Source: a virus (taxonomy: Duplodnaviria > Caudoviricetes). Taken from it: a DNA stretch of 28,488 nucleotides. The DNA is taken from the IMG/VR virus record IMGVR_UViG_3300046532_002691, positions 1-28,488 of that record, one strand, 5' to 3'. Of the stretch, positions 1 through 7,422 are shown piece after piece. Each line of letters opens with the position of its first letter. Within the stretch, counting starts at the first letter, position 1. The notes under the pieces are model-generated. The model did not search any database. It saw only the letters and a program-made list of their open reading frames with translations, and was not told the origin of the DNA. Position numbers and translations under genes: made by a program.

Positions 1-345
1 GAGAGCGTGTTTCATGTCACCCCACTTGCCCTTCCACTTACTCAGCGTTTCCCGGCTAATGCCGGCCAATTGTGCTGCTCTCCCTTCGGGCAGTCCAATT
101 GCTACGTTGCGCAATATCGCCTCCACGTTCTGAGATGTGTACTTGCTGATTGCCTCTGCCCTTCGGTCACCCTTAATCCTCTCAGCTTCTTCCTTCACGC
201 TGGCAGGAATGAGATCCTTCACATCGATGCTCGATGGATCGGGCATGGCGATGATTGCCTTGGCAGCCGTCAGTGAGTTGCCCGGTCTCTTCTTCGGGTT
301 CACCCTCTTCCTTGGCTTCGGTTTGCTTTCTTCATTTTCATTCAT
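1..345 (-). CDS. Probable terminase small subunit / HTH protein, truncated by window edge
   Basis: Not in the ORF track. Read by hand from ATG at 345: MNENEESKPKPRKR...SKYTSQNVEAILRNVAIGLPEGRAAQLAGISRETLSKWKGKWGDMKHAL, open to base 1. The KYT...AA.LAGIS.ETL..W pattern is typical of TerS N-terminal HTH domains, and it follows the replication genes. Confidence 0.6.
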   Translation of the reverse strand, partial: MNENEESKPKPRKRVNPKKRPGNSLTAAKAIIAMPDPSSIDVKDLIPASVKEEAERIKGDRRAEAISKYTSQNVEAILRNVAIGLPEGRAAQLAGISRETLSKWKGKWGDMKHAL

Positions 346-370
346 AATTCAAATTGCCCGCGGTTATGCT

Positions 371-452
371 GTTAGTCTTGTCAGCCCCCCCCTTTAGGGG
401 GCTGACTAAACTAACCGCTAACAGTTAGTCTAAACGGTTAGTGGTTAGTCTT
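371..452. repeat. Inverted repeat plus GTTAG iteron-like cluster; putative replication origin or terminator
   Basis: Arms 371-389 (GTTAGTCTTGTCAGCCCCC) and 397-415 match 17/19 as an inverted repeat. GTTAG/CTAAC occurs 6 times, and GTTAGTC at 371, 424 and 444. Lies directly downstream of the primase-helicase. Confidence 0.6.
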
Positions 453-465
453 ACTTTACTGACAG

Positions 466-2508
466 TTAACCATGCCCCTTATCCCCATCATTCTGTCCAC
501 CTATGTCCACTGTCATTGGCTTATAAATCTTGCCATCCTTCCGGGTCAGGCTGCCCTCTTGAGTGTAGTAGTAGACGGCTTGCTTGACGGCACCGGCGGT
601 TGGTGATCTGCCTATCTCATTGAAATGGGTTTGGGAGAATAGATTCATAGCTTCACTTTGGGTCAGTCCATCATTGGGCCATTGACTGAGCATACTTGCC
701 CTGAAGGATGGTCGGCTTGCCGCCTTCTTCTCTTCTGGTTCATACTCTGATGGCAGCCAACACAGTCCCTGATCGCTATGCTCCAGGTAAATGTACTCAC
801 TAGCGGTTGAGTGGTCATGCTCCATGCCGGCCCGCTTCCCTCGCTTGGCCGCTGTGAGGCGGAACGTGCCCTCCTCGCCCCTTTCACCTTGCAAGACCAT
901 GATTGCCCTTGCCCAGTTGGTGAGGACGCTAGAGCCTAACCCAGCGTACATTAAATCGGATGTGGTGAATCCCTTTGTATCGTTGGAGGTCTTCGGTTTA
1001 CCGGTATGGTGAATGAGGTGGAAGAGTGTGCCGGTATCCTGAGCGATCTCATCAATCTGCCCGGTGAACATGGCAACATCCTCGGCGCTATTGGAGTCTC
1101 CTCCGAGGTAGCAGAGTAGTGGATCGATCCACACCATGTCGGGTTGGTAATCGGCGAGCAGATTGCGTAGTGCGGCAAAGAACTCGATGCCTGCCTTGTT
1201 GACCATGCGAACGATGGTGACCTTGTCGGTGACCTCCTGAAAGTTAATCTCCGGGCATTCGGCGGTTAACCCTTTGTGAACGCCTTGGACGGTTTCGGCT
1301 ACATCCCCGAAGTTGTTCTCCGCCTGAATGATCAGTGAGGTGTACTTGCCCTTGGGTTGAATGCCGAAGAACGGTAACCCTGCTGCCCAGGTCATGGCGG
1401 CTTGGAGTGTGAGGACAGATTTGCCGAGGCCCGATGAGCCTACCCACACGCAGGATCCACCTTTGGATAGCCATCTGCTGCCTAGCATGTTGTCGGTATC
1501 CTTCGTTGGGTCGAATGCCAGAAGCTCGGTCCAATCCATTGCGCCGGGTAGCCTTGGGGCGTTTTGATTCTCATGGATGGTGGCAGTTTCCAGCGCATCG
1601 ATGAGGTCATGCCCGGTGGCGCCGGCCTTCACCCAATCATTCACATCCTTATGCTCGATAGGTGTTGCGGCGATATGACATCTTGGATGGATCTCGGTGA
1701 GGTCATCCACCCACTTGAGTGCGGGTGACGTATCATCCTTGATTGGATCGTTTTGCGGGAACAGGTAAACTTTACTCTTGGCTGGAATTAAGCCGGCACA
1801 CTTCCGCGCTCCCTGCGCACCGCGGGTGATTAGGATGCTGGAGATTGTGCTGGAAGTGGTTGCCCACTTCGTTTGATCCATGAAGGCGAATGCGTCCCAC
1901 TGTGATTCAAACACGATCACATGATCGGCATGATCACCAATCCACCAGGGCGAGCCTTTCCCGCCGAGTATCCTCCAGCCTTTATCCTTTGAGAAACAGT
2001 GGGCGCCGTCAGCCTTTCCGTTTGGCGTGGTCCGGGGGTTATGTTGGACCGGAAAGGCAAGTTGACCTTGGACAACGCCCACTAAATTTGATTCGTGTAA
2101 CCAATCGACAAAGTCCGGGGTCAACCCGCGCCACTCAGCCAATCGATTTCGGTGTACCGGTTTGAATGCTGCCTTGGCAGCTTCCCAGTTAATGCGTTCC
2201 TGCTTTGGGTTCAATACCGGGACGGCGTCACCTTTGCCGGCCATTACCTTGAACTTGCGAATGGCTTCGGTCTGTGAAATGCCGAGGGCGACCTGGATGA
2301 ACTCAACCTCATCACCGCCACCGCAACCGGCGTGACATTTCCATTGCCACTTATTGCCAGCCTCTTCCCATATCCCGAATGATGGATTGCTATCATCATG
2401 GAAAGGGCAATTGGTGGATCTCTGGATTAGGGATTCATCATAACCCAACGCCGCCACCACTTGTGGCAAACTGAAAGCTCGCTTAACTTCACTTAACTCA
2501 ACGCTCAC
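466..2508 (-). CDS. DNA primase-helicase (CHC2 zinc finger + TOPRIM + RepA/AAA_25-type helicase)
   Basis: CPFHDDSNPSF...WKCHAGCG zinc finger, VFESQWDA and KDVNDW TOPRIM motifs, Walker A GSSGLGKS, Walker B VWIDPL, IHHTGK and GSS motifs. GTG at 2508 with upstream GGAGG preferred over the 2538 start. Confidence 0.9.
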   Translation of the reverse strand: MSVELSEVKRAFSLPQVVAALGYDESLIQRSTNCPFHDDSNPSFGIWEEAGNKWQWKCHAGCGGGDEVEFIQVALGISQTEAIRKFKVMAGKGDAVPVLNPKQERINWEAAKAAFKPVHRNRLAEWRGLTPDFVDWLHESNLVGVVQGQLAFPVQHNPRTTPNGKADGAHCFSKDKGWRILGGKGSPWWIGDHADHVIVFESQWDAFAFMDQTKWATTSSTISSILITRGAQGARKCAGLIPAKSKVYLFPQNDPIKDDTSPALKWVDDLTEIHPRCHIAATPIEHKDVNDWVKAGATGHDLIDALETATIHENQNAPRLPGAMDWTELLAFDPTKDTDNMLGSRWLSKGGSCVWVGSSGLGKSVLTLQAAMTWAAGLPFFGIQPKGKYTSLIIQAENNFGDVAETVQGVHKGLTAECPEINFQEVTDKVTIVRMVNKAGIEFFAALRNLLADYQPDMVWIDPLLCYLGGDSNSAEDVAMFTGQIDEIAQDTGTLFHLIHHTGKPKTSNDTKGFTTSDLMYAGLGSSVLTNWARAIMVLQGERGEEGTFRLTAAKRGKRAGMEHDHSTASEYIYLEHSDQGLCWLPSEYEPEEKKAASRPSFRASMLSQWPNDGLTQSEAMNLFSQTHFNEIGRSPTAGAVKQAVYYYTQEGSLTRKDGKIYKPMTVDIGGQNDGDKGHG

Positions 2509-2701
2509 GCCACACCTCCACTCCTTCCCAATCTCCATTCTGGGATTCCACCGTCACCTTGACAAGGCAATGCCTGATGTCTCCCGCCTTCATATCTTCG
2601 ACCACCTTCAGCCAGAGATGTCCTTGCTCTTCGTTGTAGGGTCGTGTGAGTGAGAAGAATCCTTCCACCTCCGCATCATACTTACTCTTAAATTCTATCA
2701 T
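2498..2701 (-). CDS. Hypothetical phage protein (67 aa)
   Basis: Fills the gap in the operon and overlaps both neighbours. Confidence 0.7.
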   Translation of the reverse strand: MIEFKSKYDAEVEGFFSLTRPYNEEQGHLWLKVVEDMKAGDIRHCLVKVTVESQNGDWEGVEVWRER

Positions 2702-2778
2702 GTCGTTACCAATTTAATAATCATCCATACCACTGCCATCAGCAGCAGAAAATCGATGATCAGGTTAATCCTTTTCAC
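2698..2778 (-). CDS. Small single-pass membrane peptide (26 aa)
   Basis: Read by hand: GTG-KRINLIIDFLLLMAVVWMIIKLVTT-TGA. AAGGA lies upstream, and the stop overlaps the next start (ATGA). Confidence 0.55.
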   Translation of the reverse strand: MKRINLIIDFLLLMAVVWMIIKLVTT

Positions 2779-3988
2779 ACAGTTCCTTGTACAAAGTTCT
2801 GAACGCTATTTCACAGGTATCCGGGACAACTCCGTTTCCGAGCAATCGGAGTCGATCCACTCTGTTGGCAGTTGAGTCCACCCCACTGGTAGACCCTGGA
2901 GTTGCTCCACCCATGACGGGTTGAGCTTCATGCTCGGCTTGTTCGTCTCCGCAATCTTGTGGTGCAGACTTACCCCGTGACTCCCGTAACTGTCCTTCCG
3001 TCTCACCGTCCCGTCCCGATGATTCTGGGTGTCCGGTGTCGGCCAATTCTGTTTGCACACATCCGCCAGCATGGGTTGAACCTTCTTTTCTCCCTTGTAT
3101 GCATTGGTTGGGCTTCGGTACTCCTTGTTTGGATTCTCGATTTCGTTCGCTTGAGGTGTCGGCCAATTCTGTGGTTTTGCTGTCGCCCACAACTCTTGGC
3201 TCTTCCCACTCTTGTTGAGCTTCTCCCGGTCTGGATGGCCAACGATTGCCGGATGATTGCTCAATCCCACTTGACCGTAGTTGGCTTGCGATCCAATCTT
3301 TGAACCCTCTGCTGCTGTTGGGGTCGGCCACACTGCCACCGCATTCGGCAGAGTGTCGGTGGGGTGACCCTTCCTCTCCTGCCTTCCCTTGCCGGACTTG
3401 CCCTTCACGTCCCTCGCTGCCGGGGTCGGCCAGCTTTTTGCCAAGGACAAAAACTCTTTTTCTCTGATGAGGTGCGCCGACTTCAGCCGCACTGAATACT
3501 CCTGCCGTCGAGTCGTAACCCACTCTTTCCAATTCACGGAGGACATGGAGCAGAACAGGGGTTCCGGCTGGATCTTCCCACCCGTCCCCTTTGAGTTTTG
3601 CACTAATAATCCCCTCGACGTTTTCGAGGAAGACAAGTCTTGGCTGAATAGTTCGTATTGCATTTTTTATGTATGGGAAGAGGTGTCTTGGGTCTTCATC
3701 GCCTTCGCGGTTTCCAGCAGCGGAAAAAGGTTGGCAGGGAAAACCCCCTGATAAGATTGAAACGCCTTTTGGAACGCAATCCCACGGGAGGGTTTTAAGA
3801 TCCGTCCAAATAGGTGCTGGATCCATTTGTCCCGCTTCCATTTTCGCAACCAGGTTCGCGACTGCGTAGGCTTCGATCTCGCTAACAAGGATTGTTCGCA
3901 GAGTTGGCAAGCATCGTTTAAGTCCGATGTCGATCCCTCCGTATCCAGCACACAATGAGATGTGTGTAATTGTTTTGGGAGTATCCAC
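2765..3988 (-). CDS. dcm: C5 cytosine DNA methyltransferase, alpha chain (motifs I-VIII and X)
   Basis: SLCAGYGG (I), GGFPCQPFS (IV), FLENV (VI), PHQRKRVF (VIII), RLRLLGNGV (X). Motif IX is absent from this frame. GTG start with AAGGAGG upstream. Confidence 0.92.
   Translation of the reverse strand: MDTPKTITHISLCAGYGGIDIGLKRCLPTLRTILVSEIEAYAVANLVAKMEAGQMDPAPIWTDLKTLPWDCVPKGVSILSGGFPCQPFSAAGNREGDEDPRHLFPYIKNAIRTIQPRLVFLENVEGIISAKLKGDGWEDPAGTPVLLHVLRELERVGYDSTAGVFSAAEVGAPHQRKRVFVLGKKLADPGSEGREGQVRQGKAGEEGSPHRHSAECGGSVADPNSSRGFKDWIASQLRSSGIEQSSGNRWPSRPGEAQQEWEEPRVVGDSKTTELADTSSERNRESKQGVPKPNQCIQGRKEGSTHAGGCVQTELADTGHPESSGRDGETEGQLRESRGKSAPQDCGDEQAEHEAQPVMGGATPGSTSGVDSTANRVDRLRLLGNGVVPDTCEIAFRTLYKELCEKD
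2806..3663 (-). CDS. Nested alternative-frame methyltransferase beta chain (WPTP repeats + motif IX)
   Basis: 285-aa ORF fully inside the MTase gene in another frame. Four WPTP repeats plus one degenerate WATA, and a C-terminal KLNPSWVEQLQGLPVGWT motif IX-like segment. Confidence 0.75.
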   Translation of the reverse strand: MQYELFSQDLSSSKTSRGLLVQNSKGTGGKIQPEPLFCSMSSVNWKEWVTTRRQEYSVRLKSAHLIREKEFLSLAKSWPTPAARDVKGKSGKGRQERKGHPTDTLPNAVAVWPTPTAAEGSKIGSQANYGQVGLSNHPAIVGHPDREKLNKSGKSQELWATAKPQNWPTPQANEIENPNKEYRSPTNAYKGEKKVQPMLADVCKQNWPTPDTQNHRDGTVRRKDSYGSHGVSLHHKIAETNKPSMKLNPSWVEQLQGLPVGWTQLPTEWIDSDCSETELSRIPVK

Positions 3989-3990
3989 AT
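3667..3990 (-). CDS. Upstream part of the beta reading frame (107 aa), possible leader or split beta N-terminus
   Basis: Same frame as 2806-3663 and separated from it by a single TAA-AAA. Its ATG (3990) is 5 nt from the same GGAGG that serves the alpha GTG. Confidence 0.45.
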   Translation of the reverse strand: MWILPKQLHTSHCVLDTEGSTSDLNDACQLCEQSLLARSKPTQSRTWLRKWKRDKWIQHLFGRILKPSRGIAFQKAFQSYQGVFPANLFPLLETAKAMKTQDTSSHT

Positions 3991-4356
3991 TTAAGCCTCC
4001 TTCAAAACCGTGTACCCCTTTGGCGCCTCACCCTTCAGCGCGGCATCGGCGATATTCCAGCGGCGTGAGAACCGGCGATCCTTGATCTCCAGCATACTCT
4101 TCACGCGATTCACTCCATGCATCGCAGTTGCGTGATCTTTCTTATGAAAGGCACGGGCGATTGCTTTGAACGTGTGGCCGCGCTCACGCAAAAACCACAT
4201 CGCCAATTGCCGTGCCTCGCATACATCAATGGCGCCGCGCCAGTGGCGGACCAGGTCGCGTTGCTTAACCACAAACGCATCAGCACATGCAGTGGTGACC
4301 GTCTCAAGTTCAGCCGGCATAACCTTCACATAGAATCCGGGTTGCCTGAACCTCAT
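3991..4356 (-). CDS. DnaA C-terminal-like HTH DNA-binding protein
   Basis: ARQLAMWFLRE...TFKAIARAFHKKDHATAMHGV matches the DnaA domain IV signature (RQIAMYL...IG..F..RDHTTVLH). Confidence 0.8.
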   Translation of the reverse strand: MRFRQPGFYVKVMPAELETVTTACADAFVVKQRDLVRHWRGAIDVCEARQLAMWFLRERGHTFKAIARAFHKKDHATAMHGVNRVKSMLEIKDRRFSRRWNIADAALKGEAPKGYTVLKEA

Positions 4357-5159
4357 TTCTCCACCTCCGGGTAGTAGTTCTTTTGCAGTTGCCAGATCTC
4401 AGCGGCACGGCGGAAAATATCCCAACCGCGTTTTGTCTCCTGGGCCGTCCACAGCTTCTCGACAGGTGCCGAGGCTTCGTTGGAATCAATCGCAACATTC
4501 AGACAGGGTGGCTTATCATCCACGCACTCCCGATAGGCAGCCAGTTGGTAGTTCCAACTATCGTAAAAGTTGGGCTTACCCTTCTTGAAGTTTTGCGTTT
4601 TGAAGTCGATCACCACCGGTCCATGCGTAGCATGAATTGCCACGAGATCCATCGTGCCGGCGTAAGAGTGATTATGATTCACCACCGTCTCCTCACTACT
4701 AATCACCTCGGTGATATTTTCATCGAACCATTCACGGTACTTCTCAATCCACGGTGCAGTGTCGCCGTGAGCTTCGTGAATGTTGTGGGCAATCATGTTC
4801 CGATTGAATTGATCAATCTCCTGGTGAACACTGGACCCGAACTCGCGGGCTACCTTGCCGAACTCTTCAGCGTCCGCCTTCACTCGCGCACCGTATGCCG
4901 GCCAATCCTCAACGTCCTGGCGCGGCACAGTGTAGCTCGCTTCGAGGATGATGTTTTGCATCCAAATGTTTAGTCCTCTGTTCATCAGCACATCCCCAAT
5001 GATCGAGGTGACTGAGGGGTAGAGGTTCAGCTTCCGAGCATCGCGCAGCGTTGTGTTTCGTTCGGCACCATTCGCGCCGATCACGGAGTGGCAACTTTTT
5101 CCATCACCACCATACCAATGCGCGGAAGTCCGCGGCTTAAATATTTTTAAATCGTCCAT
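4353..5159 (-). CDS. PD-(D/E)XK exonuclease
   Basis: YPSVTSII, GSSVH, YAGTMDLV, VIDFKT and QLAAY motifs. Confidence 0.85.
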   Translation of the reverse strand: MDDLKIFKPRTSAHWYGGDGKSCHSVIGANGAERNTTLRDARKLNLYPSVTSIIGDVLMNRGLNIWMQNIILEASYTVPRQDVEDWPAYGARVKADAEEFGKVAREFGSSVHQEIDQFNRNMIAHNIHEAHGDTAPWIEKYREWFDENITEVISSEETVVNHNHSYAGTMDLVAIHATHGPVVIDFKTQNFKKGKPNFYDSWNYQLAAYRECVDDKPPCLNVAIDSNEASAPVEKLWTAQETKRGWDIFRRAAEIWQLQKNYYPEVEK

Positions 5160-5185
5160 AGTTTTTATATTTTAAGTTAAAGGAA

Positions 5186-5253
5186 ACCCGCCCCCCAGCG
5201 CAGAACCGGCTCTCACCGGAAGGAGGTTGCGCCCAAGAAAGATGGGGGCGGGT
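5186..5253 (-). other. GC-rich nested stem-loop in the SSB-exonuclease intergenic region
   Basis: ACCCGCCCCC (5186-5195) pairs with GGGGGCGGGT (5244-5253). Inner stems GCGCAgAACC/GGTTGCGC and CCGG-ctctca-CCGG. Followed by TTCCTTT on the minus strand. Confidence 0.55.
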
Positions 5254-5261
5254 AAGGTTAC

Positions 5262-5840
5262 CTAAAACGGCACATCGTCTTCCGATACCTCCACCTTTTC
5301 CTTTTTCTTGGCGGCCTTTTTAGGCGCCGGCGCGGGTGCAGGTTCTTCCTGTGCGTAGGGTTGATCTTCCAGCTTCTTGTCTTCAATCCGCTGGCGGGTT
5401 CTGTCCGAGTCGTAATTGCCACTCGCAGCAATCCAGTTCGCTTTGTCGAGGGTGCGAGCGCGGTCAACCAGGTTCAGAACATCACCGTCAGGCGTGGTCC
5501 ACGGTTCGATCTCAAGAACGCAACCGGCGCCAACAAGTGTGCCCAGATCAAACTCCTCACCGGCGGTGAACGGTTTGCCGCGCCACTTCGTCAGGAACTT
5601 GTACAGATTACTTTTCTCGTTCAGCGAGTGGGTGAACTTTTTACGCACCAAGAAGGGGCGGTTGTCATCCATCAAGACCTCCAGCTCAAAGTAAAAGTAG
5701 AGCAGTGTTTTGATTCCGAACTTGGTTTGCTCGTTGTCTGATTTGATAATATCCACTAGGACAGCTTTATGCTCACCGAGTGGTGGTTGTTCGTATACGC
5801 GGGCTTCGTTGGATCCCGCTTTTAGGGTCAATGTATCCAT
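5262..5840 (-). CDS. Single-stranded DNA-binding protein
   Basis: Beta-rich N-terminal domain, Pro/Ala/Lys linker and acidic SEDDVPF C-terminal tail; next to the exonuclease. Confidence 0.7.
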   Translation of the reverse strand: MDTLTLKAGSNEARVYEQPPLGEHKAVLVDIIKSDNEQTKFGIKTLLYFYFELEVLMDDNRPFLVRKKFTHSLNEKSNLYKFLTKWRGKPFTAGEEFDLGTLVGAGCVLEIEPWTTPDGDVLNLVDRARTLDKANWIAASGNYDSDRTRQRIEDKKLEDQPYAQEEPAPAPAPKKAAKKKEKVEVSEDDVPF

Positions 5841-5857
5841 ATTTTTTTATATTTGGT

Positions 5858-6226
5858 TTATGTTTTTTTAGGAATCTCCGGGGGCAGATCGCCTCGGAGA
5901 AATTTGGGTAATGCCGAGAGGGGCATCGTAAAAAGTGGTTCGCAGTTATTGCGCTTGTGAATCACGCACGGGATCTTGTCGCCGGCATCACGCCGTGCTT
6001 GATCCATTGCGTCTTGAAGCTGAAGGCGTTCGACTGCCTTGGCTTCAATGTGCATCCAATCGGTAATACCGGGCACGATCACATCCGGCGCATCATCACC
6101 GGTCTTAATGTCTCGGCCCATGTGCTGGCATCCCCTTTTGGCCGCGGGTGAAAATCCTTCATCCCGAAACCAGCCAGCCAGCCAACGCTCAAACCTGGCG
6201 CCTTTGGCGCGTGAGTTAATTGGCAT
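5858..6226 (-). CDS. Holliday junction resolvase-like PD-(D/E)XK endonuclease
   Basis: NSRAKGARFER, PDV, HIEAK and QARRDA motifs. ATG at 6226 has GGAGGA upstream (alternative start 6265). Confidence 0.8.
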   Translation of the reverse strand: MPINSRAKGARFERWLAGWFRDEGFSPAAKRGCQHMGRDIKTGDDAPDVIVPGITDWMHIEAKAVERLQLQDAMDQARRDAGDKIPCVIHKRNNCEPLFTMPLSALPKFLRGDLPPEIPKKT

Positions 6227-6269
6227 GCTGTCCTCCAATCGGTACTCGATGCATTCGGGATTCATTCAT

Positions 6270-6485
6270 TTAGTTGTTGGGGGTTTCGTTAAGATTGGGA
6301 TGTCGGCAGCCGCCGATGGTCACCAGCATTGCGTCCATCAGGATTGACCAGGGTGCGCAGTCCTCGCAGATGTAGGCCGGAATGGTGCGGTCATAATGCG
6401 TCACCACCGTTGCCTCCGAGCAGTGAGTGCAGAACCCCGGCGAGGGATAACTCCGCCTAACAATTCCAGCCCGTGCCGCGCTCAT
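6270..6485 (-). CDS. Small zinc-finger protein
   Basis: CTHC...CEDC; ATGA overlap with the upstream gene. Confidence 0.6.
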   Translation of the reverse strand: MSAARAGIVRRSYPSPGFCTHCSEATVVTHYDRTIPAYICEDCAPWSILMDAMLVTIGGCRHPNLNETPNN

Positions 6486-7090
6486 TTCAAAAACCCTTGG
6501 AGTTTAGTGATTGCGCGTTGGGTGGTGGCTGGCGTTTTGCTCAGGTCAAAATCCCTCCGCTCGAACCCACGCACACCTAGATTGTAGGCTGCGTAGAGTT
6601 CGGCGGCGTTGGGGTCACGGCCCAATTTCCTCCTCAGTTGGGAATGTAGAAGTGACAGATAAGTTTTGCAGTAAACGTGAGCGACTTGCGGATCGTTCAC
6701 GCCCTTCTCATAAGGGGTGGTTTTGAATCCATTCTTCTTGAGCCACTTTGAGCAGTCAGTCCAAGCTGGTTTCCACATCTGGAATGCACCGTTGGCTTTT
6801 CCCTGATCGCCCACCGCACGGTGGTTGTTATTGCTCTCCACCATCGCCACGGCGTGGATGAGTTTACCGTTTATCTCGACGGCTTGAGCGAATGCCATCA
6901 GCGCAAAGCAACCGGCAGCAGATAGTAGCCGGCGGACTGAATCGGCAGTGACCCTTGGCGCCCCATCAGACACCCATTTAGTTACCAACTCACCCCGCTG
7001 GCGGAGTCGATCAACAGTTTTGGTGGATACTGAGAGGCGGCGAGCCACCTCTTGGCGTGTAAACATTTCAGTGTTTTCTTGGTCTTTCAT
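6482..7090 (-). CDS. Fusion of excisionase-like HTH and lysozyme-like/lytic transglycosylase domain
   Basis: N-terminal MFTRQEVARRLSVSTKTVDRLRQRGEL (HTH_17/Xis-like), hydrophobic linker, then AVAMVES...GAFQM...AAYNLG (SLT motifs). ATG at 7090 with GAGGA upstream and ATGA overlap. Confidence 0.75.
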   Translation of the reverse strand: MKDQENTEMFTRQEVARRLSVSTKTVDRLRQRGELVTKWVSDGAPRVTADSVRRLLSAAGCFALMAFAQAVEINGKLIHAVAMVESNNNHRAVGDQGKANGAFQMWKPAWTDCSKWLKKNGFKTTPYEKGVNDPQVAHVYCKTYLSLLHSQLRRKLGRDPNAAELYAAYNLGVRGFERRDFDLSKTPATTQRAITKLQGFLK

Positions 7091-7245
7091 AATTTTTCCT
7101 CCTTTGCCCCAACGCAATAACGGTCAATCAACGCCTCCAGCACATCCGTGCTGGTCACCTTTTTACGCTTGGCAAATCGGGCCAAACGCTTCTTGAGGGT
7201 GGGTTGAAGTCGGAATGCGGTGAGGATTTTAGTCTCTTTTCTCAT
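7087..7245 (-). CDS. Ribbon-helix-helix regulator (Cro-like position)
   Basis: KILTAFRLQPTLKKRLARFAKRKKVTSTDVLEALI follows the RHH strand-helix-helix pattern; first gene of the leftward operon. Confidence 0.7.
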   Translation of the reverse strand: MRKETKILTAFRLQPTLKKRLARFAKRKKVTSTDVLEALIDRYCVGAKEEKL

Positions 7246-7248
7246 TGG

Positions 7249-7389
7249 GTGTATAACGCGGCAGTACATTTTTAAGGCTTAAAAAAACCTGCTCCTCCTC
7301 GGAACGGGTTTATGTATATACTAGCAGTACGTTTCGAGTCAAATCTTTTTAAAAGTTTTGGTTGACTAGTGTTTATACGGGTGTAGAAA
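7249..7389. promoter_or_regulatory. Divergent promoters with repeated 17-bp operator-like sites
   Basis: GTATAACGCGGCAGTAC (7251-7267) and GTATATACTAGCAGTAC (7314-7330). Back-to-back TTGACT hexamers at 7342-7337 (-) and 7362-7367 (+). Extended -10-like TGcTAGTAT on the minus strand (7326-7318). Confidence 0.6.
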
Positions 7390-7422
7390 CGGGACAGCTT
7401 TTCCATTACTAAAAGGGTTAGT

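Noticed and set aside
7-397. Plus-strand ORFs 7-276 and 137-397
   Set aside because: Antisense shadows of the minus-strand TerS-like frame (345 to 1), which has a recognisable HTH pattern.
3035-3432. Spaced repeats as a CRISPR array
   Set aside because: Repeats are short, degenerate, in-frame coding junctions with long uneven spacers, and there are no cas genes.
4383-4973. 196-aa plus-strand ORF (likewise 21519-22100 and 27598-28131)
   Set aside because: Antisense to well-supported genes, with no motifs or RBS; expected from codon bias.
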